This document shows, one piece after another, positions 1 to 8,862 of a stretch of 28,285 nt of DNA; positions within the stretch are counted from its first letter, which is position 1; the number at the start of each line of letters is the position of its first letter. The DNA lies in the NCBI GenBank assembly GCA_050178385.1, contig JBFXGD010000031.1, positions 1 through 28,285 of the forward strand. Reading direction: 5' to 3'. Both the position numbers and the translations under genes were made by a program. This stretch comes from Calditrichaceae bacterium (GTDB lineage Bacteria > Calditrichota > Calditrichia > Calditrichales > JBFXGD01). A model generated the notes under the pieces. It ran no database searches and was not told the origin of the DNA. It worked only from the letters and a program-made list of their open reading frames with translations.

Positions 1-336
1 TCCAGCCTGGAAAACAGTATCCAAATCATTTTCAGTCAGGTTGAAATTTTCAATGGCCAGAGTCGGACTGTATTTACGACGATTTCGCACAGGATTTGTT
101 TTTGTGAAAAAATGCCCTCTTGTCCTGTATCCGTTAATCAGGTTTAAGACAGCTAACTCTTTTTGACTGGATTGGGTCTGGATCTCACCCGGGGCGGTAT
201 TAAGTTTAGCGAAATCAAATCCCTCAAAAAACTTACGCCAGCTTTCTTCAACCGAATCGGGATTCTGCTTGTATTCCCTGTATAGCTGATCAATATATTC
301 AGGATGCGCGTTGTCTATATATGAGTAATTATCCAT
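1..336 (-). CDS. sucA: 2-oxoglutarate dehydrogenase E1 component, N-terminal part (runs off window edge)
   Basis: Manual translation from ATG at 336 gives MDNYSYIDNAHPEYIDQLYREYKQNPDSVEESWRKFFEGFDF...KELAVLNLINGYRTRGHFFTKTNPVRNRRKYSPTLAIENFNLTENDLDTVFQAG, open to base 1. This matches the SucA N-terminal signature (YIDxLYxxYxxDPxSVxxSWxxFF; LIxxYRxRGH). Not in the ORF track. Confidence 0.93.
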   Translation of the reverse strand, partial: MDNYSYIDNAHPEYIDQLYREYKQNPDSVEESWRKFFEGFDFAKLNTAPGEIQTQSSQKELAVLNLINGYRTRGHFFTKTNPVRNRRKYSPTLAIENFNLTENDLDTVFQAG

Positions 337-340
337 CTAA

Positions 341-425
341 AAATCATTCCTTCGTTTTATTTATTTTGATCATTAACTTGTGCCGTCAGACCCCGGCTTT
401 TTGGTCAATAAAGAAATCATTCCTT
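341..425 (-). repeat. 12-bp direct repeat AAGGAATGATTT (x2) in sucA leader
   Basis: aaatcattcctt occurs at 341-352 and 414-425 on +, with a third partial copy atcattccc at 439-447. The proximal copy contains the probable sucA Shine-Dalgarno. Confidence 0.5.
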
Positions 426-853
426 AATACAACGATTTATCATTCCCGATGTTTCAACCTGATAATTATTAATGTCTTCGGCTTACAGATGTCATTGTAT
501 AGCTCCCAAATCCAAATATGTCGGAAACGTTCATAATTTTAGCCTTTGCGGCATATACTATTTTTGATGTATAAGAGCGGCGCATGGTGCATTTTTTGTC
601 ACATATTTTTTTAGAAAATCACAATATAAGGCAACAAATGTCCTGCAGGAACCTGATCCGTCGATCGCTTCTTTGTCCGGGAATCGGGCATATTGGCATT
701 TAAGATCGCACCACCTGATCTTTTTAACCTCACCCGGATCGGATAATCGCATTTATTTAACTCCAGGGATATAAAATAATATATGTCATAACCGCCATTT
801 ATAACAATATAATTCCGTGATTCCGGAAAACAAGAATTTAACAATCAGAACTA

Positions 854-882
854 TTGACAAATGCGCTTACTCTGAGTATAAT
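854..882 (+). promoter_or_regulatory. sigma70 promoter, perfect consensus
   Basis: TTGACA (854-859), 17-nt spacer, TATAAT (877-882); lies 41 nt upstream of the YitT ATG, which has an AGGA SD. Confidence 0.88.
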
Positions 883-923
883 GCCCGCTTTGATTACAAT
901 TTCAGTCAATACAGGATAACGCA

Positions 924-1856
924 ATGCGAAGAATTTTTAAAAACAGAACATTCCGCGATTATTTGTTCATTACTATCGGTTCGATCTTGATGTCACTCGG
1001 AATAGGGGTATTTCTTGTCGATGCAAGGGTTGTCCCGGGCGGTGTATCCGGGTTCGCGATGGCTCTCCATTATCTTTCGGGAAATCAAATTCCCGTGGGA
1101 TTAATGATCTGGATATTCAACATTCCTTTGTATATTTGGGGATTAAGAGCTCTGGGATCAAGATTTGGCGTCAGAACATTTTACGGTTTTTCGGTCAATT
1201 CCTTTTTTATTGATTTTTTCCGGGGGGATATTCCGGGATTGTCACAATTCGCGTTAAACACAACCGACACAATAAAAGATCTGATGCAGAATGACTTTTT
1301 GTTTTTGATACTTATTGGATCAGCCCTATTGGGCGTCGGACTCGGTCTTGTCTTTAAATTCAAAGGGACTACCGGGGGATCCGATATTGTGGCGGCTATT
1401 TTTCAGAAACGATATGGTTCAAAACCGGGGCAGGTGATTTTAGCAATTGATTTTTTTGTGATTATTCTCGCCGGACTCATTATTTATTTTAAAGATTTAT
1501 CTCCGGACCGTCCGGCAATGTCACTCACTTTTTATTCATTTTTCCTGGTATTTGTTTCCGCCAGAATAATTGATATTATACTTGACGGATTTGATTATGC
1601 CCGTTCAGCATATATAATTTCGGAAAAACATGATCAGATTGCCGAACAGATTATGGCTAAACTGAGCAGAGGCGCCACGGCCCTGAAAGGTCGCGGGCTT
1701 TATAAAAATGTTGACCGGGAAATTCTCGTAACGGTCATTACACGCAGGGAAATAGGTATATTGGAAGAGATTATCGAAGATACCGACCCTGACGCGTTTG
1801 TAATCATCAACACTGTTCATGAAGTCCGGGGTGAAGGTTTCAGGCGAAGAATCTAA
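924..1856 (+). CDS. YitT family (DUF161 + DUF2179) integral membrane protein
   Basis: Multiple TM helices, motifs PGGVSG, NIPL, GTTGGSDIVA and C-terminal RGATALKGRGLY...DPDAFV...EVRGEGF typical of the YitT family. Confidence 0.9.
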   Translation: MRRIFKNRTFRDYLFITIGSILMSLGIGVFLVDARVVPGGVSGFAMALHYLSGNQIPVGLMIWIFNIPLYIWGLRALGSRFGVRTFYGFSVNSFFIDFFRGDIPGLSQFALNTTDTIKDLMQNDFLFLILIGSALLGVGLGLVFKFKGTTGGSDIVAAIFQKRYGSKPGQVILAIDFFVIILAGLIIYFKDLSPDRPAMSLTFYSFFLVFVSARIIDIILDGFDYARSAYIISEKHDQIAEQIMAKLSRGATALKGRGLYKNVDREILVTVITRREIGILEEIIEDTDPDAFVIINTVHEVRGEGFRRRI

Positions 1857-1909
1857 AATTATCAGCATTCCCCTAAAATTGATCCATAGAAAAAAAGGGC
1901 TGGGTTTGA

Positions 1910-2863
1910 ATGAAATCAGCTACGCGACTACATATCGGAATTGACTTAGGCGGTACAAAAATAGAAGGCGTCGTGCTAAATTCGGGTTTTCATCAGTCTG
2001 AAAATTTGGATAATTTTGTTATCATCAGAGAGAGGATCCCAACACTATCAGAAAACGGATATGAGTTTATTCTAAACCGTACAGCTGATTTTATTTCTGA
2101 GCTTGTGAAAGAGTCGGGTGTTGAACTAAACCGGATGACGATCGGGATCGGATTACCCGGCGCGGTATCCAGAACAACCGGGCTGGTTAAAAATTCCAAC
2201 ACAACTTGCCTTATTGGCAAAGATTTCCGGAGCGATCTGCAGCGTATTTTGCAACATCCCGCCGGATTTGAGAATGACGCGAACTGTTTCGCCCTGGCGG
2301 AATCGACCTGGGGAGCGGGTAAAGGCTATAACCTGGTGTTTGGAGCAATCATCGGGACCGGGGTTGGAGGAGGCTTGATTTACCGGGGAGAAATAGTTCA
2401 GGGAAGACAGAATATTGCCGGAGAATGGGGTCACTCACTTTTAATCCCTGACGGGCATGAATGCTATTGCGGAAAGAAAGGCTGTGTGGAGACTTATCTT
2501 AGCGGACCGGCAATAGAAAACTACCTCTTAAAACCTGAAGGGATTAATTCCCCTGCGAAAGAATTTAATCACCTTTATGATGAGACTGATATTATCACAA
2601 ACAGAATTATCGATGCTTATTGTAATTACTTTGGAATAGCCGTGGGCAATCTTATAAACATTCTTGATCCGGATATAATAGTTCTCGGCGGCGGTGTCAG
2701 CAATTTCCGGTTTTTGTACGACAAAGGGATTGAGGCCGTAAAAAAGAATATTTTTAATGATGAACTTCTCACGGAGATTAAACAAGCTGAATTTGGGGAT
2801 TCAGCAGGGGTTTTTGGAGCTGCCCTGGTTGGCTTGAAGCAGAATCAAAAAAAAGGCCGCTGA
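1910..2863 (+). CDS. ROK family sugar kinase (Mak/NagK-like)
   Basis: GIDLGGTKIE ATP-binding motif, ENDANCFALAE, GTGVGGG, AGEWGH, Zn motif CYCGKKGCVETY. No N-terminal HTH, so kinase rather than repressor. Confidence 0.9.
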   Translation: MKSATRLHIGIDLGGTKIEGVVLNSGFHQSENLDNFVIIRERIPTLSENGYEFILNRTADFISELVKESGVELNRMTIGIGLPGAVSRTTGLVKNSNTTCLIGKDFRSDLQRILQHPAGFENDANCFALAESTWGAGKGYNLVFGAIIGTGVGGGLIYRGEIVQGRQNIAGEWGHSLLIPDGHECYCGKKGCVETYLSGPAIENYLLKPEGINSPAKEFNHLYDETDIITNRIIDAYCNYFGIAVGNLINILDPDIIVLGGGVSNFRFLYDKGIEAVKKNIFNDELLTEIKQAEFGDSAGVFGAALVGLKQNQKKGR

Positions 2864-2873
2864 TCAGCGGCCT
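2847..2873 (-). terminator. Intrinsic terminator of the lipoprotein/beta-barrel operon
   Basis: Perfect palindrome AGGCCGCTGATCAGCGGCCT (2854-2873) followed on the minus strand by a T-run (A8 at 2847-2854 on +); 16 nt downstream of the barrel gene stop. Confidence 0.8.
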
Positions 2874-2889
2874 CAAAAATTAAACTTTT

Positions 2890-4176
2890 TTAAAAGAGCA
2901 ATTTCATGCTCAGTGCAGTAAACATACCATTTGAAGCAGACGGCCACATCGCCTTGTTCATAGCATAGGAATAATCAAAGTGGAAATGAGAAAAATTCAG
3001 ACCGAATCCCATGCCATACAGGAATCCCACTCGCCCCCCGACGGCCATTCCCGCTCTTAGAGGCAGCCATCGAAGCGGAAAGTACTCAGCTCCCGCGCCT
3101 ATCCGTGGCGTGATCGTGTTTCCAAATTCCTCATTCAATCCCTGTTGCCACTCCGCGGTTAGTGTCAGATTATCAAGCATTTGGAATGCGGCCCCCATGG
3201 ACATTTTTGCCGGTAAATTGGTTCGGAATGAGCCTGCCGAATAAGTGGTATCAACAGATACAGAATAATCTTCATCAGAATCCTCATAGACATTTGTGGA
3301 ATCCGATTCAATTATAACATTCATTTCCGTATTCTTGTCCCAGTTGATGCTGGCGAGAACATTTGTAAAACTCAGCGAAAATGTCCACACATCATCAAAC
3401 ACAGTGCTGGCGCCGAGATCAAATCCAAATCCGCCACCGGGAAATGGTTCTGATTCAGGAGTAGCGGTCCGGTATTCAATCTGAAGATTTGTTTTCGCGG
3501 TTTCAGAATCAATTTTTTCAAGCAAAACATCTGATGTCAGCGACTGCGCGACGGCAATTCCAAGATAATAATTGACATTTATACCAACAGCCAGATCCGA
3601 AAATCCGGGAAGATAATCTTCAATATCGATCAGATGCGCATAACCAAAAGACAGCTTCATCGCGGCATAAGCATCCACATCAAGAAAATTTGAATCGTGA
3701 TATAAATATTCTCGACTGAGATCTTCTCCAAAGAGGACAATTTCAAACGGTTTTTTGGGCATCGTACCTTTGCTGCTGCTTATAATCTGACTGCTAAAAC
3801 CAAACCGGTCATAGGCAATCCCGAATAGATTGGCAGAAATATCAGAATATAATTTAAACCCGTCATCAGGGATTAAATCCAGGATAGCTTCCTTATCCGA
3901 ACGGTTCCAATGTCCGTTATTGCCTTCATCTGTAAAATATTCATTATAATCATTAATCGAAAAACTGCTGTTGAATATGGAAGCATTTAACGAAAAAAGA
4001 TTTAGTTCTAAAGTACTCTCTCTTTCCAGAGCAAGATTTGCCGGATTCCATGACATTGCAGAAATGCCGCGGCTGAGCGCTGTATAATTCCCCGCCATCC
4101 CAAGACTTGCTCCATCAACTCCCTGCCCGAAAGCGGTAGAAGCGATTAATATCATTAAAATGATTAAATTCTTCAT
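2890..4176 (-). CDS. Outer-membrane beta-barrel protein (DUF5723/FadL/PorV-like superfamily)
   Basis: Sec signal peptide, N-terminal GASLGMAGNYTALSRGISAMSWNPANLA plug motif of FadL/PorV-like barrels, GFGFDLG, GAEY..LPLRAG, amphipathic strands and C-terminal Phe. SD AAGGA upstream. Confidence 0.75.
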   Translation of the reverse strand: MKNLIILMILIASTAFGQGVDGASLGMAGNYTALSRGISAMSWNPANLALERESTLELNLFSLNASIFNSSFSINDYNEYFTDEGNNGHWNRSDKEAILDLIPDDGFKLYSDISANLFGIAYDRFGFSSQIISSSKGTMPKKPFEIVLFGEDLSREYLYHDSNFLDVDAYAAMKLSFGYAHLIDIEDYLPGFSDLAVGINVNYYLGIAVAQSLTSDVLLEKIDSETAKTNLQIEYRTATPESEPFPGGGFGFDLGASTVFDDVWTFSLSFTNVLASINWDKNTEMNVIIESDSTNVYEDSDEDYSVSVDTTYSAGSFRTNLPAKMSMGAAFQMLDNLTLTAEWQQGLNEEFGNTITPRIGAGAEYFPLRWLPLRAGMAVGGRVGFLYGMGFGLNFSHFHFDYSYAMNKAMWPSASNGMFTALSMKLLF

Positions 4177-4192
4177 AACTTTCCTTATTTTA

Positions 4193-6292
4193 TTAATCCT
4201 CAGGATCGATCAGAACATCAATATAAAGTACGCCGCCGACTATCAGTTCATCATCTTTACGGAAAGAAACGGATGATTCGGTTGGCTGAACTTCAATCAT
4301 AGTGCCCACATAAATTGGATCATACTGGAATATATCAATCTGTCTTTCAGTCAATTTAATCCTGTTTGTACTTTTCACCCGTGTATCAACATACCCGTTC
4401 TGATTTGCAACGCCCGGTTCGACGCTGCTTGAAATGATAACTTTTTTTGATGAATCCGTAATAACGTCCGAATAAAAATCGGTAGTATCCGTGGCGATGA
4501 ACAATTTTACATTCGCCCCGAGAGGAAGTCCGTTGTCCAGGTTTAACTGCGCATCCACATTTGTAAAATATTTATCAATATCATCACGTTGATCCCGGTC
4601 AAGATCAGCTTCGCTAATTATTTCAATTTCACCTTTGTACACTAGACTATTTTCAAAACTGACGGAAAGGGGCGAATCAATATAATAATTGACCCAGAAT
4701 TTATCATCAAGAGACACACTTCCGGTACCCTCGATAACCGCGCGACCCGATACGATGATATCTGTCGGCAATATCGCCATCAAATCCACAATACTGGGTG
4801 ATGTGGACTCCGAATCAATTATTATCGTCGTTTTTGCCGGATCACCCGATACACCACGTCCTACTAATTCACTTATATGAACCTGCACTGAATCCGTAAT
4901 CGTATTGGTTTCAGCGGCTTTGTGATACCCTGTTATATCGAGTTCAAGAGAAATATCATAATCAATTTCATTAAAAGCATCTATGGTCAGAATCAGTTTA
5001 TCCAGTGTGATGTTTCCGTCGACATTTGCAACGTCAAGCAAATCATTCTCTTCTACAGGTTCGATATCAATTATAACCGGCTGGATGTTACCTTCAAAAT
5101 ATGAGAAATAGATTGAATCAGAAGTAAAATCAACCGTCACTGAATCATCGGATGTAATTTGAACATACCCGCCGCTCTCTTTCGACACAGCATAAATTTC
5201 ATAAATAATATAATCGATCGACTGGCCGGGATTTTTGTCATTCTGAAACCGGAGATCACTTATATCCAATGCGATATTTGTTTGCTCACCGGCAAGCACT
5301 AATTCCGAAACCTTCTTCGGATTATTCTGCTGATCCACAAAATTCGGTAAAGTCAGCTCGATATCAAGATCTACCGAAAGGCTGTTATTCAGATTGGCAT
5401 ATAAGATTCCCTTCCCGACTGATGCGAAATAGGCAATGTCGCCGTCAAGATCCAGTTCAACCGAATCACTTTCCGATATTTCCTGTGGTGGCACTATCGC
5501 TTCCGCGCTCGAAACTTTCATATCCGAAATCAGAACTTCACTATAATAATGGCTGTCCAGATCTTCTTGAGTAATAGTGATTGGACCACCGGTTCCTGCA
5601 ATCGGAATAGAATATTCCAGTCGCAATTCATTTGAAATATATTTCCCTGCCAGATTCGAAATATCGCTCTGCCCAATGCTGTTTGCGGGAACTGGGTCGC
5701 TAAAAAATACGGTGTCTATAAATCCCCCATCCGGATCCCCCGAGCGCGTGTCATCATATATGGTAATGTACATGCCGCTCTCAATGTCAACAATAAGACT
5801 ATTGTAGAATTTTATTTGTAAGGAAGCAGAATCGATTGCGGCATAATTATAGTCTTCCATAAGGACGTACTGCGGCAAAGGTTCAAGCGTCATCGGATCG
5901 ATTTGAACGGTCTGCCCTGGAGATAGATTTAAGGAAGACATCAATTCGGAAAAAGATACATTACCGGTTAGTTCAGCCGGTGGAGCGTTCAGATTTATAG
6001 TGCCTATTGATTCGGCATAATGATCATCATCGGGATCGAAGGCCATCTCAGCGGGATCTATCTTTTCAGGCTCCGTGGAATCGGATATACTGATCACTAT
6101 TATCGAGTCACCTGTCAACGCATCAAAACCCGCCACAACCGTAGAATCATTTATAATATCTTCCATGGTCATGTTTTCTGCGGGGAATTCGATCGCCCAC
6201 TGGCTGTCCCAGGTAGGAAGACTCGGCTCATTTACCGTGCAGGCACTAAACATACCCGTCACGGCTATCAATATTATTAACCTGTTCAGCAT
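4193..6292 (-). CDS. Large acidic beta-rich lipoprotein of unknown function with about 140-aa internal repeats
   Basis: Lipobox FSA-C18, D/E/S/I-rich composition, SD AAGGA; only 16 nt separate it from the barrel gene. Confidence 0.75.
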   Translation of the reverse strand: MLNRLIILIAVTGMFSACTVNEPSLPTWDSQWAIEFPAENMTMEDIINDSTVVAGFDALTGDSIIVISISDSTEPEKIDPAEMAFDPDDDHYAESIGTINLNAPPAELTGNVSFSELMSSLNLSPGQTVQIDPMTLEPLPQYVLMEDYNYAAIDSASLQIKFYNSLIVDIESGMYITIYDDTRSGDPDGGFIDTVFFSDPVPANSIGQSDISNLAGKYISNELRLEYSIPIAGTGGPITITQEDLDSHYYSEVLISDMKVSSAEAIVPPQEISESDSVELDLDGDIAYFASVGKGILYANLNNSLSVDLDIELTLPNFVDQQNNPKKVSELVLAGEQTNIALDISDLRFQNDKNPGQSIDYIIYEIYAVSKESGGYVQITSDDSVTVDFTSDSIYFSYFEGNIQPVIIDIEPVEENDLLDVANVDGNITLDKLILTIDAFNEIDYDISLELDITGYHKAAETNTITDSVQVHISELVGRGVSGDPAKTTIIIDSESTSPSIVDLMAILPTDIIVSGRAVIEGTGSVSLDDKFWVNYYIDSPLSVSFENSLVYKGEIEIISEADLDRDQRDDIDKYFTNVDAQLNLDNGLPLGANVKLFIATDTTDFYSDVITDSSKKVIISSSVEPGVANQNGYVDTRVKSTNRIKLTERQIDIFQYDPIYVGTMIEVQPTESSVSFRKDDELIVGGVLYIDVLIDPED

Positions 6293-6343
6293 AAGAATCC
6301 TTTCAAATCATTAAATATTAAATAGTATGACTTACTTTATCTT

Positions 6344-6370
6344 ATATCGACTAAAATCTTTTGGGCTTTA
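6344..6370 (-). promoter_or_regulatory. Putative sigma28 (FliA/SigD/WhiG-type) promoter
   Basis: Minus strand reads TAAA-gcccaaaagatttta(15 nt)-GTCGATAT versus consensus TAAA-N15-GCCGATA(A/T): one mismatch, exact spacing, about 50 nt upstream of the ATG at 6292. Confidence 0.6.
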
Positions 6371-6436
6371 TACTCATGACACTTTTTCTTAATTTCCGGT
6401 AGGGTTTAATCTTAAAATAGCAGAGAAATCAAAAAA

Positions 6437-6868
6437 GTGAATGACCGCTATCACATTTTCGATCATACCGCCGATGCCGGTATTGAAATTACGGGAAAAA
6501 CCATTGCCGACATTTTTTTAAACGCGGCAGCCGGAATGTACCATATTATGGGCATATACGATACGTACTCCGGCACGGTCATAACACGGCTGAAATTAAT
6601 TGACCCGACTTTGGAAGATTTACTCGTCTCTTTCCTGAGCGAATTGAATTTTTTTATCACGGTACGAAAAAAAATTCTTTGTACCGCCATGAATCTTTCA
6701 ATTGAACAAATCGGGACTAATCTTGTATTGAATGCCCACGCCGGAACTTATGATTTGAGTATATCAGATTTGTCCGCATTAAGGGAAATAAAATCCGTTA
6801 CCTACCATCAGCTCCTAATTGTCAGGGAACAAGATGAATATCTGGCACGTGTTATATTTGATATTTAA
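6437..6868 (+). CDS. Archease (RtcB activator)
   Basis: N-terminal Y..FDHTADAGI, L..LLVSFLSEL, IKSVTYH and C-terminal FDI motifs; 143 aa; GTG start; directly upstream of rtcB. Confidence 0.93.
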   Translation: MNDRYHIFDHTADAGIEITGKTIADIFLNAAAGMYHIMGIYDTYSGTVITRLKLIDPTLEDLLVSFLSELNFFITVRKKILCTAMNLSIEQIGTNLVLNAHAGTYDLSISDLSALREIKSVTYHQLLIVREQDEYLARVIFDI

Positions 6869-6882
6869 TCCGGGAGCATCTC

Positions 6883-8337
6883 ATGAAATTTAAAGAATAC
6901 ACCATTAACAAGTTAGATGACTTTCTGTACGAAATTCCGAGGATCGGAGGTATGCTGCAGCCTGGCCGAATCTACGCGTCACCGGCAATGATGAATGATT
7001 TTATTAAGGAAAAAGAGCCGCTCCAGCAGGTGATCAATGTGGCACATTTGCCCGGAATTGAAAAGTATTCACTGGCTATGCCAGATATTCACTGGGGATA
7101 CGGATTTCCAATCGGCGGAGTGGCGGCAACTGACTGGCAGGATGGGGTAATTTCACCCGGTGGAGTGGGATACGATATAAATTGCGGTGTGAGACTCGCT
7201 TCAACATCACTTACGCATACCGACGTCATTAAACGATTGCCCGCTTTGATTGAGGAACTTTTCAGGGTAATTCCGACCGGTCTCGGCTCTTCAAATGCGA
7301 TAAAAAAGCTTGGTAATTCTGAGATGAAAAAATTGCTTGAGCAGGGCGTCCCGTGGATCATTTCTCAGGGGTACGGCACTGAAAATGATATTGAGAATGT
7401 TGAAGAACGGGGACATCTGCGCCAGGCAGATACGGCTGCCGTGAGCAGCAGGGCTATGGAACGCGGGCAGGTTCAGATGGGAACGCTTGGTTCCGGGAAT
7501 CACTTTCTTGAAGTCGATTTGGTTGAACATATTTATCACGCTGAAGCTGCTGAAACCATGGGCCTTTTTAAGGACCAGATCGTCGTCTTAATACATACCG
7601 GTTCTCGCGGATTTGGCTATCAGGTATGCGACGACTATCTGAAAGTTATGGGAAAAGCAGCGTCAAAATATCGAATCAGCCTGCCTGACCGGCAGCTGGC
7701 ATCGGCTCCGGTCCAGAGTCCGGAAGGGCGTGAATATCTGGCGGCAATGGCATGTGCCGCAAATTTTGCGTGGTGCAACCGTCAGGTAATAATGGATCTT
7801 GCAAGGAAAGCATTCAGAAAAGTATTCGGCATGCCGGATGATGAATTAAATTTCCGTCTGATTTATGATGTGTCACATAATATTGCAAAAAAAGAAACAC
7901 ATACTGTCAACAACCGGGAAAAGCAGGTTTGTGTTCACCGAAAAGGCGCGACCAGGGCTTTTGCGCCGGAAAATCCCGATATTCCCGAGCGCTACCGCAA
8001 AATCGGTCAACCGGTACTGATACCGGGTGATATGGGACGATATTCATTTATTTGTACCGGAACTCTTAAAGCCGAGTCGGATACATTTGGAAGCACCTGC
8101 CACGGAGCCGGAAGAATGTACAGCCGAAATCAGGCAAAAAGGATGTCTCAGGGAAGAAATCTTATCAAAGAAATGAACGACATGGGCGTTGTCGTCCAGG
8201 CGCGGGGTAAAGCAACTATCGCCGAGGAAATGCCTTATGCATATAAAGACGTCGCTGATGTCGTTGATATTATGCACCATAACGGCATCAGCCTTAAAGT
8301 TGCAAAACTGAAGCCGCTTGGCGTCATAAAAGGCTGA
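6883..8337 (+). CDS. rtcB: RtcB RNA 3'-phosphate/5'-OH ligase (archaeal/eukaryote-like long form)
   Basis: MPDIHWGYGFPIGGV, GGVGYDINCGV, GTLGSGNHFLE, HTGSRG, HNIAK, HRKGAT, STCHGAGR, EEMPYAYK and C-terminal IKG are all intact. SD GGGAG. Confidence 0.97.
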   Translation: MKFKEYTINKLDDFLYEIPRIGGMLQPGRIYASPAMMNDFIKEKEPLQQVINVAHLPGIEKYSLAMPDIHWGYGFPIGGVAATDWQDGVISPGGVGYDINCGVRLASTSLTHTDVIKRLPALIEELFRVIPTGLGSSNAIKKLGNSEMKKLLEQGVPWIISQGYGTENDIENVEERGHLRQADTAAVSSRAMERGQVQMGTLGSGNHFLEVDLVEHIYHAEAAETMGLFKDQIVVLIHTGSRGFGYQVCDDYLKVMGKAASKYRISLPDRQLASAPVQSPEGREYLAAMACAANFAWCNRQVIMDLARKAFRKVFGMPDDELNFRLIYDVSHNIAKKETHTVNNREKQVCVHRKGATRAFAPENPDIPERYRKIGQPVLIPGDMGRYSFICTGTLKAESDTFGSTCHGAGRMYSRNQAKRMSQGRNLIKEMNDMGVVVQARGKATIAEEMPYAYKDVADVVDIMHHNGISLKVAKLKPLGVIKG

Positions 8338-8340
8338 ACG

Positions 8341-8862
8341 TTATCTTGCGGATTCTTGCTCTTCAGGGACAAGCACCTTACTGCGTACGATAAAGGCTTC
8401 TTTATAACCGTAATCCTTTGCGATATCCCGGATTCGTTCCGCATCAATCCGATCGATTGCATTTCCCACCCTTACCTTGTAAAGCGGCGCTTCAAACGTG
8501 AGATAAGTCTGAAACTTCAATACCCCAAACTGATCTGTTGCTTCCTGCTGAACAAGCGTGGCTGTCTCAATATTTTTGGTTGCCAGAATCTGCACCCGAA
8601 AGCCATCGACCTCCACAACCGGTTCCATGGCTGTCCGGTTTAAACCGGTATCCTTGTCAGTCCCCGCCTTTACATCCCCGGAAGGATTTATTTCTTTTTC
8701 CCCGATAATAATATCGTCATCGTTGAGGGTAAGGGGATCAAAAGATTCGTCAAATTTTCCTTTTTGAACAGATTCTTCGGGAACAGACTCTTTTGATGTC
8801 GATTTTACGGATGCGCAGCCGTACATCATCCCAATTATCAAAAGACCAATAAGTATTCTCAT
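8341..8862 (-). CDS. SPOR-domain lipoprotein
   Basis: Lipobox MYG-C, disordered linker, C-terminal GFRVQILA...PLYKVRVG...GYKEAFIV SPOR pattern. SD GAGGA. Confidence 0.85.
   Translation of the reverse strand: MRILIGLLIIGMMYGCASVKSTSKESVPEESVQKGKFDESFDPLTLNDDDIIIGEKEINPSGDVKAGTDKDTGLNRTAMEPVVEVDGFRVQILATKNIETATLVQQEATDQFGVLKFQTYLTFEAPLYKVRVGNAIDRIDAERIRDIAKDYGYKEAFIVRSKVLVPEEQESAR

Noticed and set aside
588..603. CRP/FNR-like site TGCAT-N6-TCACA
   Set aside because: Only one half-site matches, which is too weak in AT-rich DNA.
321..844. Short ORFs 321..536 (+), 558..752 (-), 611..844 (-)
   Set aside because: No recognisable motifs or convincing SD. The first overlaps the sucA start antisense and the other two overlap each other.
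6293..8340. archease-rtcB as a mobile cassette, or an intein in RtcB
   Set aside because: No transposase, integrase, terminal repeats or target duplication seen. RtcB is 484 aa with contiguous motifs, leaving no room for an intein.
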